Positions 46,288 to 56,646 of a stretch of 64,000 nucleotides of DNA are shown in pieces. The stretch comes from a virus. Position 1 is the stretch's first letter. Every line of letters begins with the position of its first letter. Below the pieces are notes generated by a model. It was given only the letters and a program-made list of their open reading frames with translations, searched no databases and was not told the DNA's origin. The DNA lies in IMG/VR virus record IMGVR_UViG_3300027906_000009, positions 1-64,000 of that record. One strand, given 5' to 3'. The position numbers were made by a program, and so were the translations under genes.

Positions 46288-49200
46288 TTAACTTTCTTTC
46301 TCTTTAATATATGTAACGCTTATTGCGTCGCTGGTGCCGATCGAATCCACAAAAGTCACAGTGTTTCCGGAAATGGTATAATCGTTTCCGGTACCTGAGG
46401 TTTGTAAAACTCCGTTAAGATAAATAGATTCTGTTCCACTTTTTATTCTAAAACCGGTTCCAGGGTTGACTGTGATTGCATTGCCAGATGGTGCTGCGGC
46501 GCCGGATGCCTTCATTTGATGTCTAAATATCATATTGTCGAGTGCTAAAAATTTAGTCGCATCAACTTCAGATTGACCAGTTTGGATATTATCAAGAGCT
46601 TTGGGCGATAATTTGATTTTATTCTGTATGTCGTCTAATAAACTTAACTCAAATTGTGGCGCTATAGGCTCAGGCGCCTCCTGAATATCTCTTGAGAAAT
46701 AATCAACTTTAGAGTCTATCTTTATCATCTCAATTATAGAGAAGAAATCATAAGGCCAATTGTATGAATATTTCGAAAATATCTCTCTATCTCTTCTGAT
46801 TGTTGACTGTACAGTTTTACCTCCAAGTTCTTGGGCCCCCGAAAGGTCAAGTATATCTTCCCTATTTTTTGAAATAGAATCTTTTATAACATTGACGTAA
46901 TCCGACTCTGCCCTATATTTAACTTTAAAGACTAACCATCTTACTTCTTTTTCTAGAAAAAGTTCGGGATTTTTATATATTGAACCTTTTCCTTTGAACA
47001 GATTATCAACATCTGGCAATACTATGCTAGAAATATATTCTACATCTGTATCTATTTCACTCTGGAGAACTCTAGAATGTTGTGCAACTGAAATACTCTT
47101 TCCACTTTCTGGGTAGAGATTCTGCCACAAGTGGGAAAGATCTTCTTGTCCTATTTCAGCTTTAAATTGAAAAATATATGATACAAAAGGATCTACATCA
47201 TCGTTTTTTATAAAGTCAAATTGTGGCGGAAACACATATTTGTCCATCATTCTTAACTGATAGGCTATATTTTCTTGTGCTAAAATTCCAGGATTTTCAT
47301 AAAATGATTCATACGATTCTTCTACTAATTCTGTTTCTTGGTCATTTGATGACAATCTTAAAGCATCAAGAAATTGCTGCTTTTTAAATGAGTTGTAATT
47401 TCTAGATTCTGCTAAAGATGACGGATCCATATCGAAAAACCTCAGTTCACATTCGTCTTCAAGGTAATACGGTATTGCCACTACGGCCTCACAAACTCTT
47501 TTCTTAGATGCTAGTCTTCCTAATTTATATTTTCTAGAAGGGTTTGCCTCCTGTGGGACTGAATATGCATAATTGTAAGTGTCTCTAACAAAACCAACTG
47601 CTGAAGCTAAGTCTCCCACACTAGTCTTTCCGTCGTCTCTGGCGCCTAAAATAGTTAGATAGTAACCTTTTCCTTCGTTTGTGGGCAGCTTTTCGCCATA
47701 TTGGTGCCACATTCCCCTTGATGCTGTTAAATAAGGAGTACTTGAACTGTTGAATTCTTGATAATAGTTTGTTTGGTTTCGGGTTTTCCATGGGGACCCT
47801 GAAACTTGATCTACCTGGTTGGTGGTTAAATTTAACGCGGAGACCTTATTATTTGAAAAATCCATAACTGGCGTTTCCCATCTTGGGTGTATTACCCATC
47901 TGTAATTAGCCGGGCCGTCTTGTTGGGAGGAGGTAGTTTTGCCCGGGGATCCTTGAAAATTATAATTATCTGCCGCTAGGCTTACATATCTTGTTAGATT
48001 TAGACTGGCTGAAACCACCATCGATTCTTTAAAATTAGTATTAGTTGAGGCATTATTTGGTGATTGCATATTTGTATATGTAACACTCATTCCGTTAATA
48101 ATTTCTGGTATTGTATACCTTCTTGTTTCCGAAGGAGTAAAAGAAATCTCCGCATATGGATCTGTGTTTGGGTCTAAATATGGTGGCACATATGGCAAAA
48201 ATCCATGTGAGCCCGACGTTGCGGCCTTTGTCTCCGTTAAAAAATCGACCTTTGATGGCAATACTGAGGCGCCGCCTGCAAAACCTGTTTTTCGGTTGGT
48301 CGAGTCCGTGGTGCCAAACTGACCACCAGTGCCTGATATTGTAGTATTTCCCGCATCTCCTGATTCAACTTGTGTTAAAGTTATTATATCTGTAGAGGTT
48401 GAGTAATTAGCTGTAATTAAGTTTTGGTGGCCATTTGCATGCCCTATGGCTGTTGCAAGTGAAGTACCTATTTGGTCAGGCGTATTACCAGAGGAATAGG
48501 ATCCTAATGCCACTAAAATGTTACCTGAACTATCTGTGTTTCCTGTTCCGAAAGTTGTACCTGATGTGCCATTTGAAAATCCTGCGATACTTAAACCTGC
48601 TGAAAAATTTGTTGCTATAGCATTGTTGCCTGCTGTGCCGGCTGTTGCCTGGGTTAGTGTCAACTTTCTGGATCCATCATTTGAAACATTAATTGTGTTG
48701 TTATGGCCATTTGTACTCTCTATTACAGTTTCAGCTTGGGCAATGACTGAATGCATTCCAGTTGACATACCAAAAACTTGTATTTTAACCCTGCCGCTGC
48801 TGTCTGTTTGTCCACTGGTACTAAAGGTGTCATGTACAAAAATATATGTTTTTTCAGTTGGAGAAGACTGTGCGTCCTTCAAAGTAAAGGTTGCGCCGTT
48901 TAGATCACTAGCTTTACTTACTGCGGTTGCTATTTCTATAGTAGCAGTGGCAGCGACTGCTGCGGTGTCTAAGACAAACTTATAAGTTTTTGTTTGACTG
49001 TTTGTTGACTGTAGAGTTACTGTATTATTGTTAAGCGCGTTTCGCCAGTCTGGGTCATTTCCAGAAAGAGATGATGGTACAGACATGTCGAGCGAGCCTG
49101 ATGCTGGAGTCCCAGGAACAGTTGTTGTTTCTGGTGTATATGTAGCTATTTCCGGGGTGCTTTCATCCACCGGTGGCCCGAAAGCAGAGTGCCTGTCATA

Positions 49201-52200
49201 CATCACTACATCATTATTAGTAATATAAACCCTCATTTTGTAGACAACTCCATTGTTTAATAGTGGACTAACTGGTTGTGATATAGCAGTCTGTAATTTT
49301 TCATCTTCTAAGAAAAATTTAACTGTTTCCGAAGCAAAATTACCAATTGCGCTCTTATACGGTAACATTGAGTTTACAAAACCTTGATATGTACTAGAAA
49401 AATTTATTGCGTTATTTGTGATAGTTTTTTGCCTATTCAAGGTGCCAAATGTAGGAGGATACTCATTAACCTTTAAATATTCCCTTGTGCCATAAAAAAT
49501 ACTGGCGCTTGGGTGTGGTTCATTATCAGGAACTATCTGGTTGTATAGCCTCTCGGGATATAAAAGATCATCAAAATTTACTCTCCTGGATGTTTCCCCT
49601 TTTAATCTTGGTATACCTGAATCAACAGTATTATTTATCAGAGAGCCCGTATAGCAAACACTTGATCCCAAACTCGCTCCATCAAAATTTCCAATAGGTA
49701 TATAAACTTTACTGTTGACCAAATAATTTTCAAAAGCTCCGTCAGTCGAGGAAAATAGAGGATAATCAACTGCAAGGCCAGATTTAATAGAATTAAATAA
49801 AACACCTGGTGCTAGGAGCGGCTTTGAAACTTTAGATTTTGTATTCTCTATCTTCAAATCTAACAGAGCCAGTGCAGTACCCTCTGTTATTTGTGTGTTA
49901 GATATATAACTGGCGTTATAAGAGCCTGATTTTAAATAATTTCTGTGGAAAATTTCTGATACTTGGACTGCACGTTCTGCAGGATACATTCCCCTATATG
50001 GCAAAAATCTTTTTGCTGCAGAGCATTTTAGTGTTAATTTGCCAGCGAATAAATCTACATTTTGATTATCTAAATTTTCCTGAAATGGTTGAAAATATTT
50101 CATAAAATCAGAAGTAGAATATGTTTTAAAAAATTGAGTCCCTATCGATATATCACCCGATGATGAGTGATAAATCGCTCCTGTCAAATGTAAAAAGTCG
50201 TCTGTAATGGTAGGATTATCCAAATCCGAAGAAGCATATATATCTTCTATATATTTACTTATTGTAAATTCTGGTATTATAGAATAGTTTTGACCTACAA
50301 GTCTAATTTCTTCTGCATATTTGTCGTAAGAATCGTAAAACGGTCCGATTTTGTTGCTTGAGGTTGCTTCCCACAATGATTCTCCTGCCAAGAATTCGTC
50401 GGATCCGAAAATTTGCGGGATTCTTCTGTTATAGATAGGTGCAAATGGGGGGGCGCCTCGCAAGAAATTATTTCCAAGTGGAAAAATACTATAATCATTT
50501 TGTAAAATTCCTTCGTTTCTTGTAGCCTGATCTCGATTGTTCGAGAATTGGGTCCCATCATTAAAGAAAGATGATGTAATGCTGATTGGTTTAGTAGAGA
50601 AATCACTTCTAGAATCCAAAACCCATTTACTTGTTTTAATCATGGACCTACTATTTTCAGAAGCAAACGGATTATAAGTCATCTTATGGCTCATGAGGTC
50701 GACCATTTCATAGGTTCCAAAATAATCTTTTTGAAACTCTTTGTGGTTAATTATTTGGGTTGGCTGTAAAAATAACTTTTGATCATAAGCTGATTGGCTT
50801 ACTAAATAATCTGAATAATTTAAATTTCCTGTTAAAGCTAGAGATCTGTTTGCAAGTTTAGAGTCCCATCCAAAAAACTTAAATTTTTCTCTAGTTCTTG
50901 CATTTTTTGTATATGTATTTATTTCTCTTGGATATATCGTTTCTAAATAATTTAGTTCTGTTTTGTTATATTGTCCCCTGATTAGGTCTAATCTACCTAT
51001 CGTGTTATTTAGTATTTTTAAATTTTCGTGATCTAAAAATGGCTCTTCTTCAAACCTTATCAGGTCTGACATCTCTTGATTTGCGAATCCTGTAATGTTA
51101 TTTTGTAATGGCAAACTAAGTGTGAAACTTGGCATTAATTGTATATTTTCTCGAGATGAAGCCCTGTACGCTTCTAGTACAATCTCATGAAAAAACTGGT
51201 CGAAATTCCACATCGACTCAAGTTGACGCTGGTTTAAGTTCCTAGCTTGATTGTCTCCTAGAAACCCAAACAACTGGCCGGATTCATAAGTATGTATACT
51301 TAAACTAAGCGGCTTGTATTTTGAAGTGGCCATAACTTCTTTAAAGTTAGTAATGCTCCTAGGCTTTGCAAAAGTTCGATTGTCTTCTTCTGTCCTGGAG
51401 TAATCAAATTGATACCCCTGCCTGTGTGATGTAAATGGCACCTTTGATGTGAACACCGCTGAAAATATATTGTTTTTCTTGTGAGCCCTGGATATGGCGT
51501 GCTGGGATCCTCTTATTTGTTTCCACGATGGCCAGCCGTATGGGCCTTGGCGGTTTAATATTATAGAATTTAATGTTGATGCATCCCCAAAGAAACCAGA
51601 TGCTGTTCGAATTGAATTTTCCGGGTTACCGCGGTGCATAGTATCAGGATTAATAAGGTTATTTACAAAATCTTGTTTGGTACCAGTAAAAATCTGATCC
51701 GTGCCGAGTGTGTTTGTATTTATAGACAAGGGTTCCAAAACAATTGTATTTAAATTCACAAAGTCAACAGGCGTGAACGTGCCGGCTGTGAATGAAGCAT
51801 CCTCTGCGCCGTAAATTTGTGTTGCACCTCCGAAGGTGCCGGCGCCGAGTTCACTAGATGCCAAAAAAGTTATACTTGACTCTGATTTTATACCGGCAGC
51901 ATGCTCATAGGTGTGTTGATGTCCTGAATTGCCATTAAGTCTTGTAAAGTTCAACGGCAGGAGCGCAGAAGCGGTGATCCACAGGTATCCAATATCAGTT
52001 TGAGGTATCTCATGTTGTACGAATAAATTATCTGGCTTGTAATAAATATCTCCCGTCATGCTCGGACTCAATGGGCCGGACATAAACCTTCTATAATTTC
52101 TATTAGTTTTATGTATTGACGCTTGAGTTGTAGAACCCGAACGGTACCCAAACCGTTCAGAATATTCTGAAGATAAATTATTAAGAACCCCTCTAACCAG

Positions 52201-55200
52201 AGTGTTTCTGTAATTTATTGTACTGTATACTGAAAATTCCTCTGCTTCTCTATCCAAACCATACTTTCCGGATGTTTCGGGGCCGCCCGGTGGGGAAAAT
52301 CTATTTACGAAAACATGTTCTCTTCTTGTTCTATCTGGTACGAAATGGTTTACTGTGCCTATTATATATTCTGATTTATTAAGAGATCCTGTTAAATTTT
52401 TACCTTCTTGTTCTACTAAATAATTATTATTATTTGTTCTGCCGGCTGTTTGCACTATTTCATAATCTTTGTGATAATTTCCTTGCTTAATTGGGTCTGT
52501 GGAAGCTTTTATGTTGGCCATGCTATAAAGTCTACTAGATTCTATAGGACTATGAAACATGGTACTATACCTATCTGAAGTTTCGATAGTAAGTGAACTG
52601 GTAGTTTCTGATATTTTATATGCTTCGATTCTTTCTAAAGTTTGCCCTATTTTGTTTTTTCTGTGAGGGGGCCTAACATCAAGAAAATCAGGCTTATTTA
52701 TTTTTAGCGAATCTCCCATAAAGTGGTTATTCGTTATTTTTAATTGTGTTTTAAACTTGCTAAAGTCTGTGCCGACTGAAGAACTGTATAAAGAAAAAGG
52801 TAATACAAAGTCTGCATCTGCATTATTATAATCCTGAATGCCAGAAACATTAGTTTTTGATGTATATCTTTCTTTTTGAATTGGTCTCGTGATGTCATCG
52901 CATTGTTTAAACTCATATATATCATCTGATGATATTGTTATATTTGTGTTATTTTGATATATTATCTTGTAGAGATCTTCAACTTTATTGGTGTCTTTAT
53001 TATGCCCTATATTTAAAATCTTCTGCTTTGTAATTGTGTGTTTGTAGGGCCTAACTAGGTTTCTTAAAGCGTACTTTCTAAAATTGTTTCCTGGGTATGA
53101 ATTTGAGATTTTAGTGGTCAATGTATCTTTAATCTCTTTTCTCCCTGTGCTGGTGGGTACCTCTTTTCTATCCTTTTGCCATAAACAATTTTTATTTTCC
53201 TGTTGGTCGTGATGGCCATGCTCCCAATCATATAGCAGTTCATTTATTGACAACATATTAGTTTCAAGTTTTGGTGGCTTAGTATCTATTATCGCGTATT
53301 TATGGTGATATTTATTTCTTTCAAGTGCATGACTTTCAACTACATTGTGCATGCCTGTGTTGTAAATTGTCGATGCGGCCAGTGTATGCTCCACAAGATT
53401 TCCAAACGAGGCGCCTATCCATTTATAATAATTAACAAATTTTTCAAAACTAATCTCATTCTGTACATTTTCAAAATATTTTTCTTTCAAATATTGCAAT
53501 AATTTATAATTTGCTCGATATCTGTTAACTGGTTCACCTATAGCGTTATTAAGCAATTCAACTCCAGAAAAGAAACTTATCATATCTTTAGAAATCACCT
53601 CATACATGCTTTTTTCAAAAGATAGAATATTTGTTTCTGGAGTTAAAGAAAAATCAAATTTATCTACTGGGTTTTCTTTTAACTGTACTTGGTCTAAACC
53701 CTTAATGCTTGCTAATGGAGTATTTTTAATTTGGTTTATGTAATCCACATACACTATATCTGTCAACTTATTGTCAAAACCATGAGATTTAAAATCATAA
53801 TTGGTCGACAGGTCAGAATCATATATTGGAGATGTAATATCTTGTCCGGATGTTTCATCCTCAATAGTGAAATTTGCCGTGTTATTATTAGAAACTTTAC
53901 TAAAATTTATTCTAAAAAGTTTTGTGTTTTCTGATTTTATAGTTTGATCTGTGTTAATTTGTTTTGGTCTTAATTTTTGTCTTCCCCTGTGAGTGAAAGT
54001 CTTACTTCTTAATTGCAATTCTTCGTCTGTTAATTGATCCTTCCAAGCACTAAAATTGAGTATTCTTATATCGGTCTTATCTATAACTGAACCTGTAATG
54101 TTAGTCTTATTTGCTCCAATAAAAATAGTTTTATTCGCAGAGTTAAACAGATTGTAATTTGCCCTAGACAATTCTGATGTCAATGAAAAACTATCCATCA
54201 ATTTATCATCAATATAGTTGTATCCTGAAAATATAATTTCATATTTTTCAGTTCCGTGATCAATGAGTGGGCTGCTTGTCTTCTTTCTTATTCTTAGTGA
54301 TACGTTCCACCTTGAATCATCGTAGACCTTTTTCAGAAATGGTGTCTTCAAATCTTGTGATAAAAATTTACTAGATTTTAAGACAAAACGCGCTTTGGGA
54401 TCTACAAGATTTTGCTTCTCAACAATCACAGTAAAATTGGCATTGTCCGGCGAAGGTGTTACAAAATTATTTTGTACCCCAGATACCTGTTTTATACCGA
54501 AAACACTAGATGTAGATATTTCGTGCTGAGCTTCGACTCTTTTTGCAAAAATAAATGAGCCTTCAAAAGTATACTCGTTTGGCACAGTTGAAGTCGGTAT
54601 AAAACTTGAGTCGCCGGCTGATGTGTAGAATTGGTGTAAATTTGCGGAGCTATTATCTCGAAAATTTATTATTTGAACTCTTTCTGCCTTTTTTTCAGTC
54701 TTATTGTCTTTAAACGGGATTTCACCGCCCACTAGAGAATAAACATCACTAATAACGTCAGTTGAGACGCCGGCTAATTTATATATTGCAGCATACCCAG
54801 CTTCAGTGCCTTTTTTATTGAATATCGCCCTTCGATAATTTTTAATATTTTGATGTATAGTCCTTGCACTGACTTGCGTTGGTTTAGTATATCTAAGGTG
54901 GCCGGAAATTTGCTCCATCTGGTCTAGTAAGGGCTCCTCTTCCTGCAAAATCATTGATGTCATATCTGTGTCAATACCTTCATCCTCTGCTTGTTCTAGC
55001 GGTAGCCTTCCAGTATTCTGGTTTGATAATCCTGTTTGTATATACTCATCAACACAACCTACAAAGTATTTGTCCCCGTAATCTAAATAATTTTCGTCAT
55101 AGGATCCTGTAGTGTTTGTTCCCGCTTGAATCACACCGTCCCAATTGGGGCCTCTAGAGCGAAGAGTAGCATCGAGTTTATTTCTTACTTCATCAAATTG

Positions 55201-56646
55201 CACTGCCATCATTTGCAGGAGTATTTGAAATTCTCGCTTACTTTCACTGTCTTGTTCAACAAAATCCTGGCGCGCCCATTCCGGTATAAATCTTTCTAAA
55301 TTATTATTGTTCAACCTATCGTAAGCTTCTCCAATCTTTCTGGTTTTTGATATTAGTTTTTGAACTGTCTGATCTGAATTTTCTAATATCGGAGTCTGGA
55401 CTTCTGTATTTTTTGTTGCTTGTGATTGATTGATCGCTGATTCTGGTATTAGAGTATTTTCATCATATTCTCTTATTCTTCCTGTTATTTCGTTTCCAGA
55501 ATAATCAAAAACCAAACTATCTTTTTTTGTCTTGCCAATTGGTGGCTTATTGAAATTGTAATATAGGCCCATTCTAGACGTATATTCCTTATTAGAAAAA
55601 TCATTTGCAAACACTTTTTTATCAAAGTAGCGGCCGATTTCTCTATTGTTCCTAAGTCCCTTCCAATATTTGAAGTCGTCCAAAGAACCCGAAAACGAAC
55701 CGGGTGATGAGGTTGCAGTATTATCTTTTCCTATTTTTCCACAAATATAGGATTTTACTTCTGGCATTTCTCCTATTCCAGACTGCGTTACAGTCTGGTT
55801 TATCTGGCCATCTACATAAAGTTTAAATTTTAAATTATTATTTATTTTAATAGCAGAGACAGCATAATGGTGCCACTTGCCATCACCGACACTAGCAGTA
55901 GTAATTGGCTGTACTGGGTCTGCAGGGTCTCCTATTTGAATGTCTGTAGAGCCGGTTGTTGCCGTTGTATATGTGACGCGGAATGGTGAGCCGGCGGAGG
56001 CCGACAAATGAAGCTTAAACTTAGCTTGATTTTCTGGTTGAGTACTTCCTGGTAATGTACCAATATCAAAGACAACTTCTTGTTGTTTTGAAGCATTAAA
56101 CCCATCCTTTTTCATCCAAAACTCTACAGTATTTCCCTTTGAAGGACTTAATAAAACCCCTGGTTCGTCATTGCTAAGTTGTCCCAAGAATTCAATTTGG
56201 GGTATTTTTCCCGCTCCTCCATTAAATTCTATGTACTGTTTGTAATTAAATCTAACGCTGCCGACTGCGCCTGGCCATTTTTGATTGAAAAGAGCAGTAT
56301 CTAGACTTGGTGAGGTCATATACCAATCATAGTGTTCCTCTTGGGTGCCATCAAAGGGATAGTAATTAATTATGTTGTATATTGCATCTACATAATATTG
56401 TTGCGCGCTGCCATAAAACGCAAAAGTAGAAGGATCAAAAGAATTGATTGGTGGTCGAAAAGCATCCATAAAAGATTGTTGCTTTGATATCAGCGAATCT
56501 GATTCTGCCTCATTTGATAATTTATTATTTTTCTGATTTAGGTGGGCCCTATTTGATCTTTTAAAATACTCTTCTTTTCTTTTATCCGCGGCAGTAGCTA
56601 TAGTAATTTCCTGGCTATTTCCGTCTTTGCTGCTAAAATCTGTCAT
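46288..56646 (-). CDS. Giant baseplate/fibre protein (3452 aa) with LamG/ConA-like domain(s)
   Basis: TVEFWMK...DGKWHHYAV...LYVDG...FSGSLDDFKYW LamG signature; VESHALERNKY; C-terminal IYLNGVLQ...DY module. Confidence 0.8.
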   Translation of the reverse strand: MTDFSSKDGNSQEITIATAADKRKEEYFKRSNRAHLNQKNNKLSNEAESDSLISKQQSFMDAFRPPINSFDPSTFAFYGSAQQYYVDAIYNIINYYPFDGTQEEHYDWYMTSPSLDTALFNQKWPGAVGSVRFNYKQYIEFNGGAGKIPQIEFLGQLSNDEPGVLLSPSKGNTVEFWMKKDGFNASKQQEVVFDIGTLPGSTQPENQAKFKLHLSASAGSPFRVTYTTATTGSTDIQIGDPADPVQPITTASVGDGKWHHYAVSAIKINNNLKFKLYVDGQINQTVTQSGIGEMPEVKSYICGKIGKDNTATSSPGSFSGSLDDFKYWKGLRNNREIGRYFDKKVFANDFSNKEYTSRMGLYYNFNKPPIGKTKKDSLVFDYSGNEITGRIREYDENTLIPESAINQSQATKNTEVQTPILENSDQTVQKLISKTRKIGEAYDRLNNNNLERFIPEWARQDFVEQDSESKREFQILLQMMAVQFDEVRNKLDATLRSRGPNWDGVIQAGTNTTGSYDENYLDYGDKYFVGCVDEYIQTGLSNQNTGRLPLEQAEDEGIDTDMTSMILQEEEPLLDQMEQISGHLRYTKPTQVSARTIHQNIKNYRRAIFNKKGTEAGYAAIYKLAGVSTDVISDVYSLVGGEIPFKDNKTEKKAERVQIINFRDNSSANLHQFYTSAGDSSFIPTSTVPNEYTFEGSFIFAKRVEAQHEISTSSVFGIKQVSGVQNNFVTPSPDNANFTVIVEKQNLVDPKARFVLKSSKFLSQDLKTPFLKKVYDDSRWNVSLRIRKKTSSPLIDHGTEKYEIIFSGYNYIDDKLMDSFSLTSELSRANYNLFNSANKTIFIGANKTNITGSVIDKTDIRILNFSAWKDQLTDEELQLRSKTFTHRGRQKLRPKQINTDQTIKSENTKLFRINFSKVSNNNTANFTIEDETSGQDITSPIYDSDLSTNYDFKSHGFDNKLTDIVYVDYINQIKNTPLASIKGLDQVQLKENPVDKFDFSLTPETNILSFEKSMYEVISKDMISFFSGVELLNNAIGEPVNRYRANYKLLQYLKEKYFENVQNEISFEKFVNYYKWIGASFGNLVEHTLAASTIYNTGMHNVVESHALERNKYHHKYAIIDTKPPKLETNMLSINELLYDWEHGHHDQQENKNCLWQKDRKEVPTSTGRKEIKDTLTTKISNSYPGNNFRKYALRNLVRPYKHTITKQKILNIGHNKDTNKVEDLYKIIYQNNTNITISSDDIYEFKQCDDITRPIQKERYTSKTNVSGIQDYNNADADFVLPFSLYSSSVGTDFSKFKTQLKITNNHFMGDSLKINKPDFLDVRPPHRKNKIGQTLERIEAYKISETTSSLTIETSDRYSTMFHSPIESSRLYSMANIKASTDPIKQGNYHKDYEIVQTAGRTNNNNYLVEQEGKNLTGSLNKSEYIIGTVNHFVPDRTRREHVFVNRFSPPGGPETSGKYGLDREAEEFSVYSTINYRNTLVRGVLNNLSSEYSERFGYRSGSTTQASIHKTNRNYRRFMSGPLSPSMTGDIYYKPDNLFVQHEIPQTDIGYLWITASALLPLNFTRLNGNSGHQHTYEHAAGIKSESSITFLASSELGAGTFGGATQIYGAEDASFTAGTFTPVDFVNLNTIVLEPLSINTNTLGTDQIFTGTKQDFVNNLINPDTMHRGNPENSIRTASGFFGDASTLNSIILNRQGPYGWPSWKQIRGSQHAISRAHKKNNIFSAVFTSKVPFTSHRQGYQFDYSRTEEDNRTFAKPRSITNFKEVMATSKYKPLSLSIHTYESGQLFGFLGDNQARNLNQRQLESMWNFDQFFHEIVLEAYRASSRENIQLMPSFTLSLPLQNNITGFANQEMSDLIRFEEEPFLDHENLKILNNTIGRLDLIRGQYNKTELNYLETIYPREINTYTKNARTREKFKFFGWDSKLANRSLALTGNLNYSDYLVSQSAYDQKLFLQPTQIINHKEFQKDYFGTYEMVDLMSHKMTYNPFASENSRSMIKTSKWVLDSRSDFSTKPISITSSFFNDGTQFSNNRDQATRNEGILQNDYSIFPLGNNFLRGAPPFAPIYNRRIPQIFGSDEFLAGESLWEATSSNKIGPFYDSYDKYAEEIRLVGQNYSIIPEFTISKYIEDIYASSDLDNPTITDDFLHLTGAIYHSSSGDISIGTQFFKTYSTSDFMKYFQPFQENLDNQNVDLFAGKLTLKCSAAKRFLPYRGMYPAERAVQVSEIFHRNYLKSGSYNASYISNTQITEGTALALLDLKIENTKSKVSKPLLAPGVLFNSIKSGLAVDYPLFSSTDGAFENYLVNSKVYIPIGNFDGASLGSSVCYTGSLINNTVDSGIPRLKGETSRRVNFDDLLYPERLYNQIVPDNEPHPSASIFYGTREYLKVNEYPPTFGTLNRQKTITNNAINFSSTYQGFVNSMLPYKSAIGNFASETVKFFLEDEKLQTAISQPVSPLLNNGVVYKMRVYITNNDVVMYDRHSAFGPPVDESTPEIATYTPETTTVPGTPASGSLDMSVPSSLSGNDPDWRNALNNNTVTLQSTNSQTKTYKFVLDTAAVAATATIEIATAVSKASDLNGATFTLKDAQSSPTEKTYIFVHDTFSTSGQTDSSGRVKIQVFGMSTGMHSVIAQAETVIESTNGHNNTINVSNDGSRKLTLTQATAGTAGNNAIATNFSAGLSIAGFSNGTSGTTFGTGNTDSSGNILVALGSYSSGNTPDQIGTSLATAIGHANGHQNLITANYSTSTDIITLTQVESGDAGNTTISGTGGQFGTTDSTNRKTGFAGGASVLPSKVDFLTETKAATSGSHGFLPYVPPYLDPNTDPYAEISFTPSETRRYTIPEIINGMSVTYTNMQSPNNASTNTNFKESMVVSASLNLTRYVSLAADNYNFQGSPGKTTSSQQDGPANYRWVIHPRWETPVMDFSNNKVSALNLTTNQVDQVSGSPWKTRNQTNYYQEFNSSSTPYLTASRGMWHQYGEKLPTNEGKGYYLTILGARDDGKTSVGDLASAVGFVRDTYNYAYSVPQEANPSRKYKLGRLASKKRVCEAVVAIPYYLEDECELRFFDMDPSSLAESRNYNSFKKQQFLDALRLSSNDQETELVEESYESFYENPGILAQENIAYQLRMMDKYVFPPQFDFIKNDDVDPFVSYIFQFKAEIGQEDLSHLWQNLYPESGKSISVAQHSRVLQSEIDTDVEYISSIVLPDVDNLFKGKGSIYKNPELFLEKEVRWLVFKVKYRAESDYVNVIKDSISKNREDILDLSGAQELGGKTVQSTIRRDREIFSKYSYNWPYDFFSIIEMIKIDSKVDYFSRDIQEAPEPIAPQFELSLLDDIQNKIKLSPKALDNIQTGQSEVDATKFLALDNMIFRHQMKASGAAAPSGNAITVNPGTGFRIKSGTESIYLNGVLQTSGTGNDYTISGNTVTFVDSIGTSDAISVTYIKEKES

